A DNA stretch of 63,770 nucleotides, filler included, from Octopus bimaculoides (GCF_001194135.2; 5 parts of 5 records of this genome joined end to end with filler, not necessarily neighbours in it), one strand, 5' to 3'; numbered from the whole stretch's first letter, positions 1-11,745 are shown. Notes: generated by a model not told the origin, from the letters alone. Made by a program: numbers and translations.

Positions 1-191
1 AACAAGGAGAGACAAACGGATTAAGTCGATTGTATCGACCCCAGTGCGTAACTGGTACTTAATTTATCGACCCCGAAAGGATGAAAGGCAAAGTCGACCT
101 CGGCGGAATTTGAACTCAGAACGTAACGGCAGACGAAATACCGCTAAGCATTTTGCCCGGCGTGCTAACGATTCTGCCAGGTCCCCGCCTT
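1..191 (-). mobile_element. tRNA-derived SINE, Meta/MESC-like core, tail type A (cut by window edge)
   Basis: Minus strand reads AAGGCGG...TGGCAGAATCG (A-box-like)...GAGTTCAAATTCC (B-box-like), then GTCGACTTTGCCTTTCATCCTTTCGGGGTCGATAAATTAAGTACCAG. Nearly identical to 56786-57026. Core name is from recall. Confidence 0.85.
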
Positions 192-194
192 TCT

Positions 195-790
195 CACTCT
201 CTTGCCTTTCTTTAGTCTTCACAGGTAGTGAAGTACAATCCGCTCTAATGTGAACTTTCAGGCCACATTTATAGTACCGCGGAATCCTCCCTTCCACTCT
301 GACTTTCAGTGTCACCGTGATTGTTTCCACCATACTTTCAATATCTTCTGAGTTAATCTGTACCACCATGTCCAGACTCTGCTCGTGCCAGTTTCTGTAG
401 GGTGTTCTAGTGGCCTGCAGGACCACCACCTTTTCTTCCATGCCTAGCAGTATGGCAACCACCAGTCAGGCTACATTCACTTCTGGTGGTATGTCTTCTA
501 CCCTAACCCTGGAAGCACGTCTCCCAAGGTAGAAGCACCACTTCGTCCGTTTTCAGTGGTGTGGTTGAGTGCAGTCTGGCGGTAACTATCTCCCGAAACT
601 GCACTTCCACCGTACCGTACTTTCTTCCCCTGGCAAGGTAGGATATCTCTTGCTAGACTGGCCTCAACGCCTTTTCAACTTGTGCCTCCGACACCACTCC
701 AATTTTTCTTGTTGCCACCGCGTATGCTCTGTAAACAATCGTTCTCTCTTCCTTAACTTTTAACACTTCTTTAGGGGAAGGGGGATACTT
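195..790 (-). pseudogene. Decayed gag/ORF1-like relic of a retroelement with C-terminal CCHC knuckle
   Basis: One minus-strand frame with 2 stops runs about 190 aa (SPKEVLKVKEERTIVYRAY...YGTVEVQF...LLPTYLGRRASRVRVEDIPPEV...) and ends in RIPRYYKCGLKVHIRADC, a degenerate CxxCx4Hx4C knuckle. Confidence 0.6.
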
Positions 791-810
791 TCACGTCGTT
801 CCCCTCTCTT

Positions 811-870
811 TTAAGGCGGTGCTCCAGCATGGCCGCAGTCAAAATGACTGAAACAAGTAAAAGAGTAAGG
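811..870 (+). mobile_element. 3' tail fragment of the CORE-type SINE
   Basis: TAAGGCGGTGCTCCAGCATGGCCGCAGTCAAAATGACTGAAACAAGTAAAAGAGTAA. Homologues at about 21050, 35185, 50545 and 54610 (-). Confidence 0.75.
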
Positions 871-1179
871 AAAATATTGATTCGCTTAAAGAGATGTACG
901 AAAATATTTTACTTGCCATGAGCGAGAGGTGGGGAGAGAAAGAGAGTGAGAGAGAAGAAAAGTAGGGAGAAAATGAGAAAGGAAGAAAGAGACGAAGAGG
1001 TGGTGAGAAGGTGAGAGAGAAAGGGTATGAGAGGGAGGGAGAAAGAGAGAGGGACGGAGCACAAGAAAGAAAGAGAGAGAAATAGAAACGAACCTGATGG
1101 CTGCAAACTAATTTCACTGTCACGAAAATAGGTTCATGTGAGCGTCTATTTTTAGCGTGTTTGATTGGTTAGTTTAGGA

Positions 1180-1614
1180 CAGAGGTTCTCAACCAGGGCG
1201 ATACTACCTCCAAAGGTTTTAGGAGACGGTGAGGTAACGTAATTGGCATACTACTTTTTACCTATAATATTAATTACGAAGCAGCTAATAATGATTATCA
1301 AAACATAATGAGATCTCATCAGACACAGAGAAGTCATTAACTTGCAATGTATAAAGTAATTTACAACTTTTGTTTATATTAATCTTTTTTTTTTTACCAT
1401 TTCACTGTTAAAAGCTTATACAATCCATTTTGAGATTAAAACTTATAAATCATCATCCATTTTAAGTTAGTTTAATCGTGATACCTCACTTGCCACTTAG
1501 GTGGACGCTAGGCGTAACAATTATTTAAAAGTATGCACTAGGCATAACAATTACTTAAAACATGGTGGTGGTGGTGGTGGTGGGGCACTGCAAAAAGAAA
1601 ATGAAAAACCAATG
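1180..1614. mobile_element. Degenerate hAT (Charlie-like) MITE
   Basis: Left end CAGAGGTTCTCAACC; right end ATGAAAAACCAATG resembles GGTTGAGAACCACTG. No ORF. Confidence 0.4.
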
Positions 1615-1744
1615 CTTTAGGATACCAATTTCAACTGTTTGGACACATGCTCATATCCGAAGGCTATCCACGCTTACAACACACCGGTATTCCAAGGTAT
1701 ACGTATTTACAAAATGTGCGAAATTTACAATAGCATTTTAGTCT

Positions 1745-1882
1745 TTTTTTTTCTACTCTAGGCACAAGGCCCAAAATTTTTGGGAAGGGGACCAGTCGAT
1801 TAGATCTACCCCAGAGTGCAACTGGTACTTAATTTATCGACTCCGAAAAGATGAAAGGCAAAGTCAATGTCGGCAGAATTTA
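1745..1882 (-). mobile_element. 5'-truncated Meta-like SINE, tail type B
   Basis: GGCACAAGGCCCAAAATTTTTGGGAAGGGG...AATTTATCGACTCCGAAAAGATGAAAGGCAAAGTC. Confidence 0.8.
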
Positions 1883-1926
1883 TTTTAGTCTATTTTAAAG
1901 TTTAAAGATTCTGCACCTGTATTTTC

Positions 1927-1939
1927 GTTGCTAGGCAAC
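1927..1939. promoter_or_regulatory. RFX X-box-like palindrome
   Basis: GTTGCTAGGCAAC in unique sequence about 600 bp from the promoter-like cluster. Confidence 0.35.
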
Positions 1940-2510
1940 TGGATTATATGTGGGTAACGAGACAATGGTTCGCAAATATCCAAACCCGCTTCACAATCAA
2001 ATGCCACTTAGTTTTATAATTATTGTTTCTCTCCCTTACTGAATATTGCTTTCCTGTGTCGATTTGATTGTTGCGTTGTCGGCTGGTCTGTGGTGATGAC
2101 TAATTGAGTTAAATGGAAATATGTTTCTTGGGTTACGTCAAGCAGTAACTGGACAACACCTGGGAACATTTAACAGATTTTATTACTGCACATAAAGTCA
2201 AACTGTATTGATCACTTAACAGCAATAATTACATACTGGGAGATATACGCTGTTTGGAGTTTACGGCACGCTACTGATACAGCAACATGTGGCTTGCCCA
2301 ACATAACTGGAAACAATTGTGGTATATTCGTGATGACGGAGATTCCTGTCATCTATCTGCCATCTGCTTTAATCGTCTTCCTGGTTGTGGCAAGAATTGA
2401 GACACATCGCACAGCTGCGTCAACATTCTGCTATTAGGCTTAGCAGACTTCCTGCATCGTCTGGCTAGTGTGGAGGTACACATCGCTCAGCCGCCTTCTA
2501 ACACTCTGTC

Positions 2511-2617
2511 ACTGCAAAGAGTTAAGGCAACAAAAACGGCTTTATAAGAAGTTTCTACAAGATTGACTCACGCGACGGCTCCACGCTGATTGGTTGCTTA
2601 CTAAACTGATCACGTGA
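2511..2617 (-). promoter_or_regulatory. Candidate Pol II promoter (E-box, CCAAT, AP-1, TATA, Inr-like)
   Basis: TCACGTGA 2610-2617, CTGATTGGTT 2586-2595, TGACTCA 2564-2570, TATAAA on minus strand 2541-2546, and a CAGT Inr-like motif about 33 nt downstream of the TATA start. The local sequence is rich in CpG. Confidence 0.45.
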
Positions 2618-2849
2618 AACCACTGTGGTTCGGTCGTGATGTATGACTGGTTACTTTGCGATTCGGTTTCGAATCACCGCTACGCCTGTATGTATTTGGG
2701 TCACCTGAAGTAGGCGTTCACTTCTCCGTGTTCTGTGTTTTTTTTCTCCTAAATTTTACTATACCCGATCTAAGATTTATTCATATCTAGAACAACTTCT
2801 CTAAATGATTCGAAATTTGAATTTTGGATCTTCAAAATATAAATCTTAG

Positions 2850-3200
2850 CTTTAGCTTTAGAATCCCCTGCGTTGCTCAGCATATTGGGCGGCAAACTTC
2901 CTCCACCGGTCGGCTGCTTCTCTTGCACATCCATTCCATTTAATGTTGACTAACTTCAGGGTATCTTGAAATATCCGCCGGCAAGTGATCTTCGGCTTGT
3001 TCGTTTTACGCTTGCTATCAAGTAGTGCCCAAGTCATGGCTGTTTTCGAATGTTGTCGATCGGCTAAGTGGAGAAAGTAGCCTAACAAGTAGAATCGGTG
3101 CAGTGCTAACGGGGTTAGGATATTTTCCAGATGTCCTTCATAGGTTTTTTTTTATTCATTCTAGGATCCTTTCATTACTTTTTGCACTTGTATCAGATGT
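2850..3200 (-). mobile_element. RTE-clade LINE 3' fragment
   Basis: Translation ...TWALLDSKRKTNKPKITCRRIFQDTLKLVNIKWNGCAREAADRWRKF resembles an RTE ORF C-terminus. Confidence 0.6.
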
Positions 3201-3394
3201 ACTCTTGATTATTTGTAAACAATAACCGGAATTTCGGCAGATTGAATAATAGTGTCAAAAAAATCTGACCAATGACTGTAAATGATTGTAAACGCTTTCC
3301 GGATTTTCGAGTGATGATGTCACTATATATTGTGCAATCAGATTTGTTCTGGAGCGTATAGAAAGAAGGCAGATTTACACAGACATCATTGGAA

Positions 3395-4350
3395 CCGCAG
3401 TCTAACATTCCTGACAAATTCTCTCCACGACTCACGATTTTCCATTGCTCGTGGCAACTGTTCCTTACTGAGAGTTGATTGATAAATGTTCAAGCAAGTC
3501 TTCCTCTACTGCGTCCCCCGTGCGTTGGTTCCCACAATAGTAGCTTGTGTATAACTTCCTGCCTACTTCTCCAGCAATGTCCTCTGATCGTAACTGTCTT
3601 TGAGCAATTGTAGTTGTTATCTTGGGCTAGTTTCCATATAAACTTTCATTTGTAATACGTTGATGCTAGTTTATGATTTGTACAACCCTAAGCATTTTAG
3701 TGTATGCATCATCTAGTTTCTTCTCAAGTGCTTGTGTCGGGATCCATGTACCTGATCCATTCAACAACACTGACTCAGATGTCCTGAAAAATGACATTTT
3801 GATTTTTCTGGGTAGATCTGACTTCCATATCTTTTCCATTTTATTCAGGCTTTGGTGATTCTAATGTATGTGTTCTTTTCTTATGAACTTTTCCAGCTGC
3901 CCAATTAAGAAACTCATCATCGCGATTAGCACTACACCATCCAGTGTGACAAGATTTCCGTCTTCTTAGTTTAGTGACATGTACTCTGTCTTTCTAACAT
4001 TTATGTGTTGACCAGTTTTCCTAGCAGAGAATTCAGTTTTGTGAAGAAGTTCTTGAGCTTGATCAATGGTATTTGATAAAAGAGCTGTCATCAGCAAAAT
4101 TTGTATCATATGCAAGAGTTGGCGGATTTCTCTTACTCGGTCATTAACAATGGCATAATCGTGACATAATCAAGAGCGATTATGAAAAGATATGGTGTCA
4201 ATGCGTCACCTTGAGGGGCACCCACTAGGATTTCGAACTCGGTACTACCATCAAGAGACTGAACTCGAGCTTCCGTGTTTATGTAGAGTGCAATTATAGC
4301 AGAAGCTATGGCATCAAACGTATAATCGTAATATACACCACAATGCATAG
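3395..4350 (-). mobile_element. RTE-clade LINE, decayed RT to C-terminus
   Basis: GAPQGDALTPYLFIIALDYV (RT QGD motif), TNFADD near 4090 and HKLLLWEPTHG near 3530; many frameshifts. Confidence 0.85.
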
Positions 4351-4412
4351 GGTTATATTACGTTTAAATTAGAATTTAATATGAAAGAAAAAAAATGGCA
4401 GGCTCGCACACA

Positions 4413-5586
4413 TACCGTGTTTCTCCGAAAATACGATCTCCTCCGAAAAAAATTTACCATGATTTATCAGGATGTTTTTAATATAAGCCCTACCCCAAAA
4501 ATAAGACCTAGTCAAAAATGCATCAGCTTGTTAGCAAGACAATGTGATGTTTGCAAAGTAAACCAACTACCGCAGCTTGGCTAAAGTAGTTGACTCCCTT
4601 GTCCCCCAGGCAAGATAAGTGAAAAAAGAAAGAGTTATTCCGTGGAGTACAAGGAAAGAATTATGGAAGAGTCTCATAACAAGAATCTTATGGCTTTCTG
4701 TAAGGAGATGTTGGATCTCCAACTGGTTCGAAAATGGCGAGCAGAGTATGATAATTTCAGCAGACAGGTGGATGAGGGAAGTGCTAAGAAGCGCAAGTGT
4801 GGATCAGGTCGACAACCGATATTTTCGGAGCTGGAAGATACCACCTCAGGATGAATTGCTGACAGAAGTACTAAGGCTTTGGTTGTACACAGGGCTGATA
4901 TTCAAGAATTTGCTCTTACAATGGCACCACGGTTGGATATACCCCCAGAGATATTCAAAACATCACCTCATTGGTTGGAAAGCTTCCTTCGGCGATATGA
5001 ACTCTCTCTAAGAAGATCGACAACACTGTTCAAGCTGGAGGATGCTGAGATTATTCAGCATGCACTTGCATTCAAGTCCTTCGTTGATGGCATCGACTTT
5101 TCTAAATACAATCTCTCCAATATAATTGCTTTGGGTGAGACTGCAGTATTTACGAGCCAAAGATCTAAAATAACAATTGAACAGACAAGTGCCTCGTCTA
5201 TCTACGTTACCTAAACAGGTTACGTAAGTGCAAGAGTTACTTGTATTTTAGCAATTCGTCTTGATGGAACAAAAGTCCCACCGGTTATCACCACAAAAGG
5301 CAAAAAAGAGAAAATAGAACGAGTTTCGGACATTTAAGTTCTTGAAACAGAAAAGGCTTGGTGCATACAAGCTGTTGTAAGAAAATGGGTTGATTTAACT
5401 ATGCCACTTGTTTTACGTGGTTCTCAAAGAGGTCTTTTAGTCTGTGATTCGGCTAGTACTCATCACACAAAAGATATGAAAACCTTCCTTTCTGAAAGAA
5501 GATTGACCACAATGATTCGCGCGGGAATAGCTTCATAACAAGCCCGTCAAAGATTATTTGCGGATGGAAGTGAATGAATATATCGA
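4413..5586 (+). mobile_element. pogo-family (Tc1/mariner) transposon, pseudogenised transposase, runs into gap
   Basis: TA followed by CCGTGTTTCTCCGAAAATA terminus. Translation shows a Brinker-like DBD (SYSVEYK...LVRKWRAEY), a CENP-B-type HTH (FKTSPHWLESFLRRYELSLRRST) and DDE_1-like motifs (LGETAVF, RLDGTKVPP, LLVCDSASTH), with stops and frameshifts. Confidence 0.9.
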
Positions 5587-6451
5587 NNNNNNNNNNNNNN
5601 NNNNNNNNNNNNNNNNNNNNNNNNNNNNNNNNNNNNNNNNNNNNNNNNNNNNNNNNNNNNNNNNNNNNNNNNNNNNNNNNNNNNNNNNNNNNNNNNNNNN
5701 NNNNNNNNNNNNNNNNNNNNNNNNNNNNNNNNNNNNNNNNNNNNNNNNNNNNNNNNNNNNNNNNNNNNNNNNNNNNNNNNNNNNNNNNNNNNNNNNNNNN
5801 NNNNNNNNNNNNNNNNNNNNNNNNNNNNNNNNNNNNNNNNNNNNNNNNNNNNNNNNNNNNNNNNNNNNNNNNNNNNNNNNNNNNNNNNNNNNNNNNNNNN
5901 NNNNNNNNNNNNNNNNNNNNNNNNNNNNNNNNNNNNNNNNNNNNNNNNNNNNNNNNNNNNNNNNNNNNNNNNNNNNNNNNNNNNNNNNNNNNNNNNNNNN
6001 NNNNNNNNNNNNNNNNNNNNNNNNNNNNNNNNNNNNNNNNNNNNNNNNNNNNNNNNNNNNNNNNNNNNNNNNNNNNNNNNNNNNNNNNNNNNNNNNNNNN
6101 NNNNNNNNNNNNNNNNNNNNNNNNNNNNNNNNNNNNNNNNNNNNNNNNNNNNNNNNNNNNNNNNNNNNNNNNNNNNNNNNNNNNNNNNNNNNNNNNNNNN
6201 NNNNNNNNNNNNNNNNNNNNNNNNNNNNNNNNNNNNNNNNNNNNNNNNNNNNNNNNNNNNNNNNNNNNNNNNNNNNNNNNNNNNNNNNNNNNNNNNNNNN
6301 NNNNNNNNNNNNNNNNNNNNNNNNNNNNNNNNNNNNNNNNNNNNNNNNNNNNNNNNNNNNNNNNNNNNNNNNNNNNNNNNNNNNNNNNNNNNNNNNNNNN
6401 NNNNNNNNNNNNNNNNNNNNNNNNNNNNNNNNNNNNNNNNNNNNNNNNNNN

Positions 6452-6715
6452 GTATTTAAGTGAGCAAGCCCACCAATTGTTTTTCATATAATTGTAATCT
6501 ACGCCAGAAAATTTCATGAAGAAAAAATCCATTTTTCTGGAAGTTATGAAGAAACAAAGCTAATCTCGGGAGAAATTATTTTTTTAACAAATCACAATAT
6601 AAAAAGAATCTGCACCGTTTGGACCATCTTTGTAAAACATTTCATTCAAAAATATCCATTTTTCTAGATGTTATGAGGAAACAAAGTCAGTGAGGGCACA
6701 CATGTGTAGGTATGC
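6452..6715 (+). repeat. Unclassified dispersed repeat (AATATCCATT...GTTATGARGAAACAAAG motif)
   Basis: The motif occurs twice here and again near 10260, 12770, 14205 and 16330. Confidence 0.55.
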
Positions 6716-6765
<50 letters not shown>

Positions 6766-7175
6766 AGAAAATTAAATAAAATATATTTAAAATAAATGTA
6801 TTTCGCACAATATTAAATAAATGTATTTAGCACAATATTGAGAAAGAAAACCTAAATTAAAAGGAAGCATTTATTTTTCTGAGAATAAACTGATAAATTT
6901 GACATGTGAATTTCCTTATCCACATTAAATAAGAACAGCAAATTCACATTAATTTCATTAACCAGGTGTCGCTTTAAATTTAAAATGTTACCATCTTGTC
7001 GTAGTTAATAAAGCGACCGGTATCGAACTATCATTAACTGACAAACTATAATACAAAAACATTGATGACAGAAATAAATGTAGGGGTGGCCTGCAGCAAG
7101 TTAATTAATGCAGTGCTTACGCATGTGCCAGTATAGAGCACCAGAATTCTAACAGAGCCTTTATTTTCCTAACAG

Positions 7176-7319
7176 ATGATGAACTTCACTATTCTGCTAA
7201 TAGTTTTGTCAGCTTTATTTCTACAACCAGTTAAGTCATGGTTGTTGACTGATATGATTATCGAAATGTTTTTAGGCTTCGTTGCTTTATTATTTCCGAG
7301 ACAGTTCCTTAGCAAACAG
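7176..7319 (+). CDS. Candidate host coding exon (144 bp, phase 0-0), hydrophobic/membrane peptide
   Basis: Acceptor TTTTCCTAACAG, donor CAG/GTTAGT. Open frame MMNFTILLIVLSALFLQPVKSWLLTDMIIEMFLGFVALLFPRQFLSKQ in unique sequence. Confidence 0.65.
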
Positions 7320-8039
7320 GTTAGTAATTACCAAAATGCTACCAATGATTCTTTAAATACTTTGTTTTTAAATATTTATCTGTGAAACTAATAACTTCCT
7401 TTTATTTTTGTTATTGTGAATAACATGTTGAAACTTTCTTCGAGTTATGTATGTGTAGAGTTTAACTCTAGATGTTCCAAAGAAGCTTACCTGGGAATTA
7501 CGTTATTCTTAAGAGTCACCTTCATTTTGAAAATGAAAGAAAATCTTCTTGATACAATAAAGATGGTAAATTAGTTTTTATATAATTTTTCTTCGTTACA
7601 AAGATTGAAGTACCCTTCCACACGTAAAATGCCTGTTCTAAATATCTATCCCTAATGACATCCGGTTAATGAAGGTGATATGAATTTGTTCTTATTCAAT
7701 GTAAATAGATTCGCATATCAAATTTATCGTTAATACCTTCACGGTAATCTTATTTAAAGCCTAAAATGTTCGAGGCGTGTTCATATCGTAATTATATGTA
7801 AATAATGGGCTTCCAGGAATAAATGCCTTTTTCCAGTTCAAATTTTGTACGTTCCAATATTCTAATGTAGTAAATAATAACCATTTCGAAAATCTATATA
7901 CGGACATTTATTGCAAATATACACAGATATAAGTAAAAATTAAACTGAATATCGTGCCCTACAACCGAAAAGAGGTGCAGGCATATAATATATTCCCCCA
8001 CACGCACATAAGAGTTGCCCATAACTCAAGGAAAAACGC

Positions 8040-8128
8040 ACTCTCTAAAAGAATTTTTGACTATTTATATTTCTATGTTGTCGAGTATGCTACGAAATTC
8101 GGGCTACTTTTTCGTGCGCCACCCTGTA
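8040..8128 (-). mobile_element. Solo Tc1/mariner-type terminus
   Basis: Minus strand begins TA/CAGGGTGGCGCACGAAAAAGTAGCCC. Confidence 0.5.
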
Positions 8129-8145
8129 TATTCTTGGTTATAAAC

Positions 8146-9628
8146 CAGGGCTGGTCCCAGGGTTGCTGGCGCTCCAGACAAGCTGAACTTCGGCATGTAC
8201 AAGGTGACGGTCGTGAAAATTTCTTTGTCTTTGTTACGCTCTCCTTGGTGCCCTAAGGCAGGGGTTTTCAAACTTTTTGACTTGTGGACCCCTTTATATT
8301 TCAGGCGTTATAAACGCTTATGAAATTTATACATAAATATCTGCTTAAAATAACATATTTTTACATTTATTTATTTAACAGTATTTAACAAATAGGTTTA
8401 TTGTCAATTATACACGCAGGATTTTTTTAATACATACTAAGTGAGAAGGATGTACTTGTTTGGCTTTGCACAAACTGTCAATTCTCGGAGATATTAATGA
8501 CAAACATACATGTAAGTCACTTTCTGGAGCAAGTCTGGATCTGTATTTGTTTTTCAGATTGGTCAGTGCCGAAAATCCTGTTTCGCATAAATATGTTGTT
8601 GCAAGCGGTAGCAAAATCTTAATTGCCTTTCGAGATAACAATGGATACTCGGAGGCTACAGTAAGCCAGAATTTCGAAAGTGGTTGCTGCATAAAACTGA
8701 TTTTCAAAGTTGTCGCATGAAATTTCAGCCAGTTCTTCCATGTCATCAGCTATTTCAACATTAAACGGATTTCTGATCCAGTCAAAATTTTCAATACTAT
8801 CTGGAACATCTTTCGAGAAATATTTGTCCAAATGCTCACCTAGTGATATTAAATGTCGTTTAATATCTACAATTACCAAATCAACATTAACCGAACTATT
8901 GTTACTGAGATATTCGTCCAGTGTAGAGAACATATCTAAAGTTTTCTTACTAACTTTTGTAGTCCATATATTCAGTTTTTTCTTGAAGGCTTCTATTTTG
9001 TCACGACTAAATAAAATATTTGAATTTCTTCCTTGTAGAGATAAATTCAGTTCGTCGAATATATCAGCCAGATAAGCAACTTGGCAAAGCCAAATTTTCT
9101 CAACCATTATCGAAGCCAGTTCAGCATTATAATCACTCAAAAACATCAACAGTTCTTCTCTAAGTTCAAATAAACGCTGAATTGTTTTACCTCGTGAAAG
9201 CCATCTTACCTCTGTATGAAGCAATAGACTTGAATGTTCATCCCCCATCTCACCACAGAGTATTGCAAAGAAACCACTATACAGTGGTCTTGTTTTAATG
9301 AACATGACAAGACTTCGGACAAAGAACCATCCATTTTTTTGGCAACCAGAGCTTCTCGATGAATGGGCATAGGATAGCAAAATAGAAAATCTTCAAGCAT
9401 TTCACTTTCCCAACAATATCGCACATACACCATAAGTTGAGATTCACTGGTAATATCTGTGCTTTCATCAAGTTGTAATGCAAAAAAGCTTGTTTTCACT
9501 TTGTCAATTAACTGAGATTTTATATCTTTTGACATATCTTCTATTCTTCGCGCAATTGTGTTGTCTGACAGTGGCACAGCTTTCAATTTCGCTTAGGGCC
9601 TAAGCGACTTCCTAAGTTGCCGGTCCTG
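8146..9628. mobile_element. CAGGGCCGG-type hAT MITE split by the Buster-like element
   Basis: Left end CAGGGCTGG at 8146 with GGTGCCCTAAGG just before 8259; right end CCTAAGTTGCCGGTCCTG ending 9628. Confidence 0.4.
8259..9590 (-). mobile_element. hAT Buster/Charlie-like transposon (ZBED5/GTF2IRD2-type transposase), 5'-truncated pseudogene
   Basis: KAVPLSDNTIARRIE, FALQLDESTD, LLLHTEVRWLSRGK, WIRNPF and the hATC motif AIKILLPLATTYLCETGFS. Terminus CAGGGGTTTTCAAAC at 8259. Confidence 0.92.
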
Positions 9629-10137
9629 CTTATAACCGGTCAGAAAGTTACCATTGGTTTCATGTCTGCTATTGCACAGACGCAATAGTAAGTATATTCG
9701 GTAAATTTTTACAAGTACACCCCCACGCGGTTCTCTATGTAAAAATTTACTGCATATTCTAGGTTATGGCATAACCGTGTATTAATTTGATTTACCATCC
9801 ATATTTATATATAAAATACTACAATTAGCCGTCATTTTTGACAGCACGGAGTCAGCGAGTGTATATATATATATATATATATATAATGAATATAAATAAA
9901 ACGTGATTTTTTTTTCGCGTGTGTAATGGCGTTCCTTAGGAGTGTCATGTGTAATATATTTTTCCTTTCTATATATTATGACCCTTCGTGGCTTAATAAA
10001 GAAACTATATCTTATGTGCAAGTGATTTATTGTTACTAGTTTCGATGCATTAAAAAATTTAAAATATTGCAATACTATAATGATTTTGCATAGCTTACAG
10101 TGCATAATTCCAATTGTTGTTTTATAATACTCTTAGT

Positions 10138-10210
10138 AGTGGTTCTCAAACGCTCCACTGTGTCGCACTGTGTTGCTAGGGATGTCTTGGTATGCTGTGG
10201 ATTTTAAAAA
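10138..10210 (+). mobile_element. Isolated hAT/Charlie-like terminus
   Basis: AGTGGTTCTCAAAC followed by TGTGTCGC...GTATGCTGTGG. Confidence 0.35.
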
Positions 10211-10358
10211 ATATACTCGATGTTGATTTGACATAACTACAGAACTGTGCCCTCACCTCATTGTTTTGACAGTTATGAAGAAGCGAAGTCGGGGAGGAGA
10301 CACACTTGTGTAGGAATACCTAGAATTTATTTCCTCGTAACTCCCTGAAGAATAGACA

Positions 10359-11745
10359 TATCAGGTCATCCCATAAGTCCTGTCCTAATTTTGAGTAAAG
10401 AATACAAGTGATCGAATGTTATATTTAATTGAAATTTAATCATCAATGTATTTTCACTGATTATCTATGACTTCCTTCCATCTATTTACAAGCTTTTTAA
10501 TCCCATCAATGTAAAACTCTTTTGGTTTCAAAGCGAAGAACTCCGAAAGGTCAGTTTCGACCTCCTTCTGGCTTGCGAAAGTTATGTCCCACAAATGATT
10601 CTGTAAACTACGAAACAAATGGTAGTCTGAAGGAGCAAGGTCGGGAGAATAAAGTGGATAAGGAATTTTTTCCCAACCAAGCTCTTCGATTTTCTGTGAT
10701 GTGATCTTTGAAGTTTGGTGTTGCGCATTGTCCTGGTGAAACATCACTCCTTTTCGATTCACTAAAGCGGGTCTTTTTTTCTTCAAAGCTTGGTTCAAAC
10801 GATCTAATTGCTGGCAGTAGACTTCAGCATTGATTGTTACATTAGGTGGTAATAATTCAAAGTGAATTACTCCTTTGTAATCCCACCAGATAGAGAAAAA
10901 CCTTTTCCCATGAAGTTCCCTTCTCGGTTGTGGTTGAGCTTTTTTCCCCTTTTACCAAACCACTTTACGACGTTTAGCATTTCGATAGTAGGTCCATTTT
11001 TCGTCACCAGTCACAAGTCTATCCAAAAAGGGTGAAATGGGTTCGCGAGAATGGAGAGAAGATCAGATGTCAACTTGGGATTTGTGGTTGCTTTCGGACA
11101 ATTCATGAGGCACCCATTTTCCAAGTTTAGGAACCTTTCCAAGTTGTTGAAGATGACTATGAACAGTTGTATGGTTTGAACTAAGCTTTATTGCCAATTC
11201 TTGAACTGATAATGCAGGATTTTCTTCAAGAAATCCCTCAAAGAGCTCATCAAACTCAACTGGACGTCCTGTTCGATCTTTATCTTCGAGGCTGAAATCT
11301 CCACTAATGAATTTTGCAAACCATCTTCTGCAAGTTCTTTCATTCAAACATTCTTTCTCATAAACTGAGTGTATGTTTCGAGTCGCTTCGGCTGCAGAGT
11401 TTCATGTGTAATATATTTCATGTGTAATATATTTCATGTGTAATATATTTCATGTGTAATATATTTCATGTATAATATATTTTGTGTGTAATATAATGAC
11501 TTTGTTTCTATGAAATTTTTTACAAATACCTTTTAGATGGTGTAAACTCAAATGCTCTTTGGATACTTCCATGTTAGAGTTTTTAATCAAAGAAATTTTA
11601 ATTCTATTATTCTGTAAAATAATATCTAATTAGTTTAACTGTACACAAATACATAAAAATAATTTTTAATACCATTCGACATTCTAAAATACAATTAAAT
11701 TTCATTCGATTTTAAAATAAAGTAAAATTGGACAGAACTTATTTT
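10359..11745 (-). mobile_element. mariner transposon, decayed
   Basis: RTCRRWFAKF, GRP, WVPHEL, MFHQDNA, YSPDLAPSDYHLF. TIR TA/TCAGGTCATCCCATAAGTCCTGTCCTAATTTT matches a partial TIR AAAATTGGACAGAACTTAT near 11722-11740. Confidence 0.92.
11401..11495. repeat. 16-bp tandem repeat (TTCATGTGTAATATAT) x about 6 at the mariner ORF start
   Basis: Read directly from the sequence. Confidence 0.9.
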
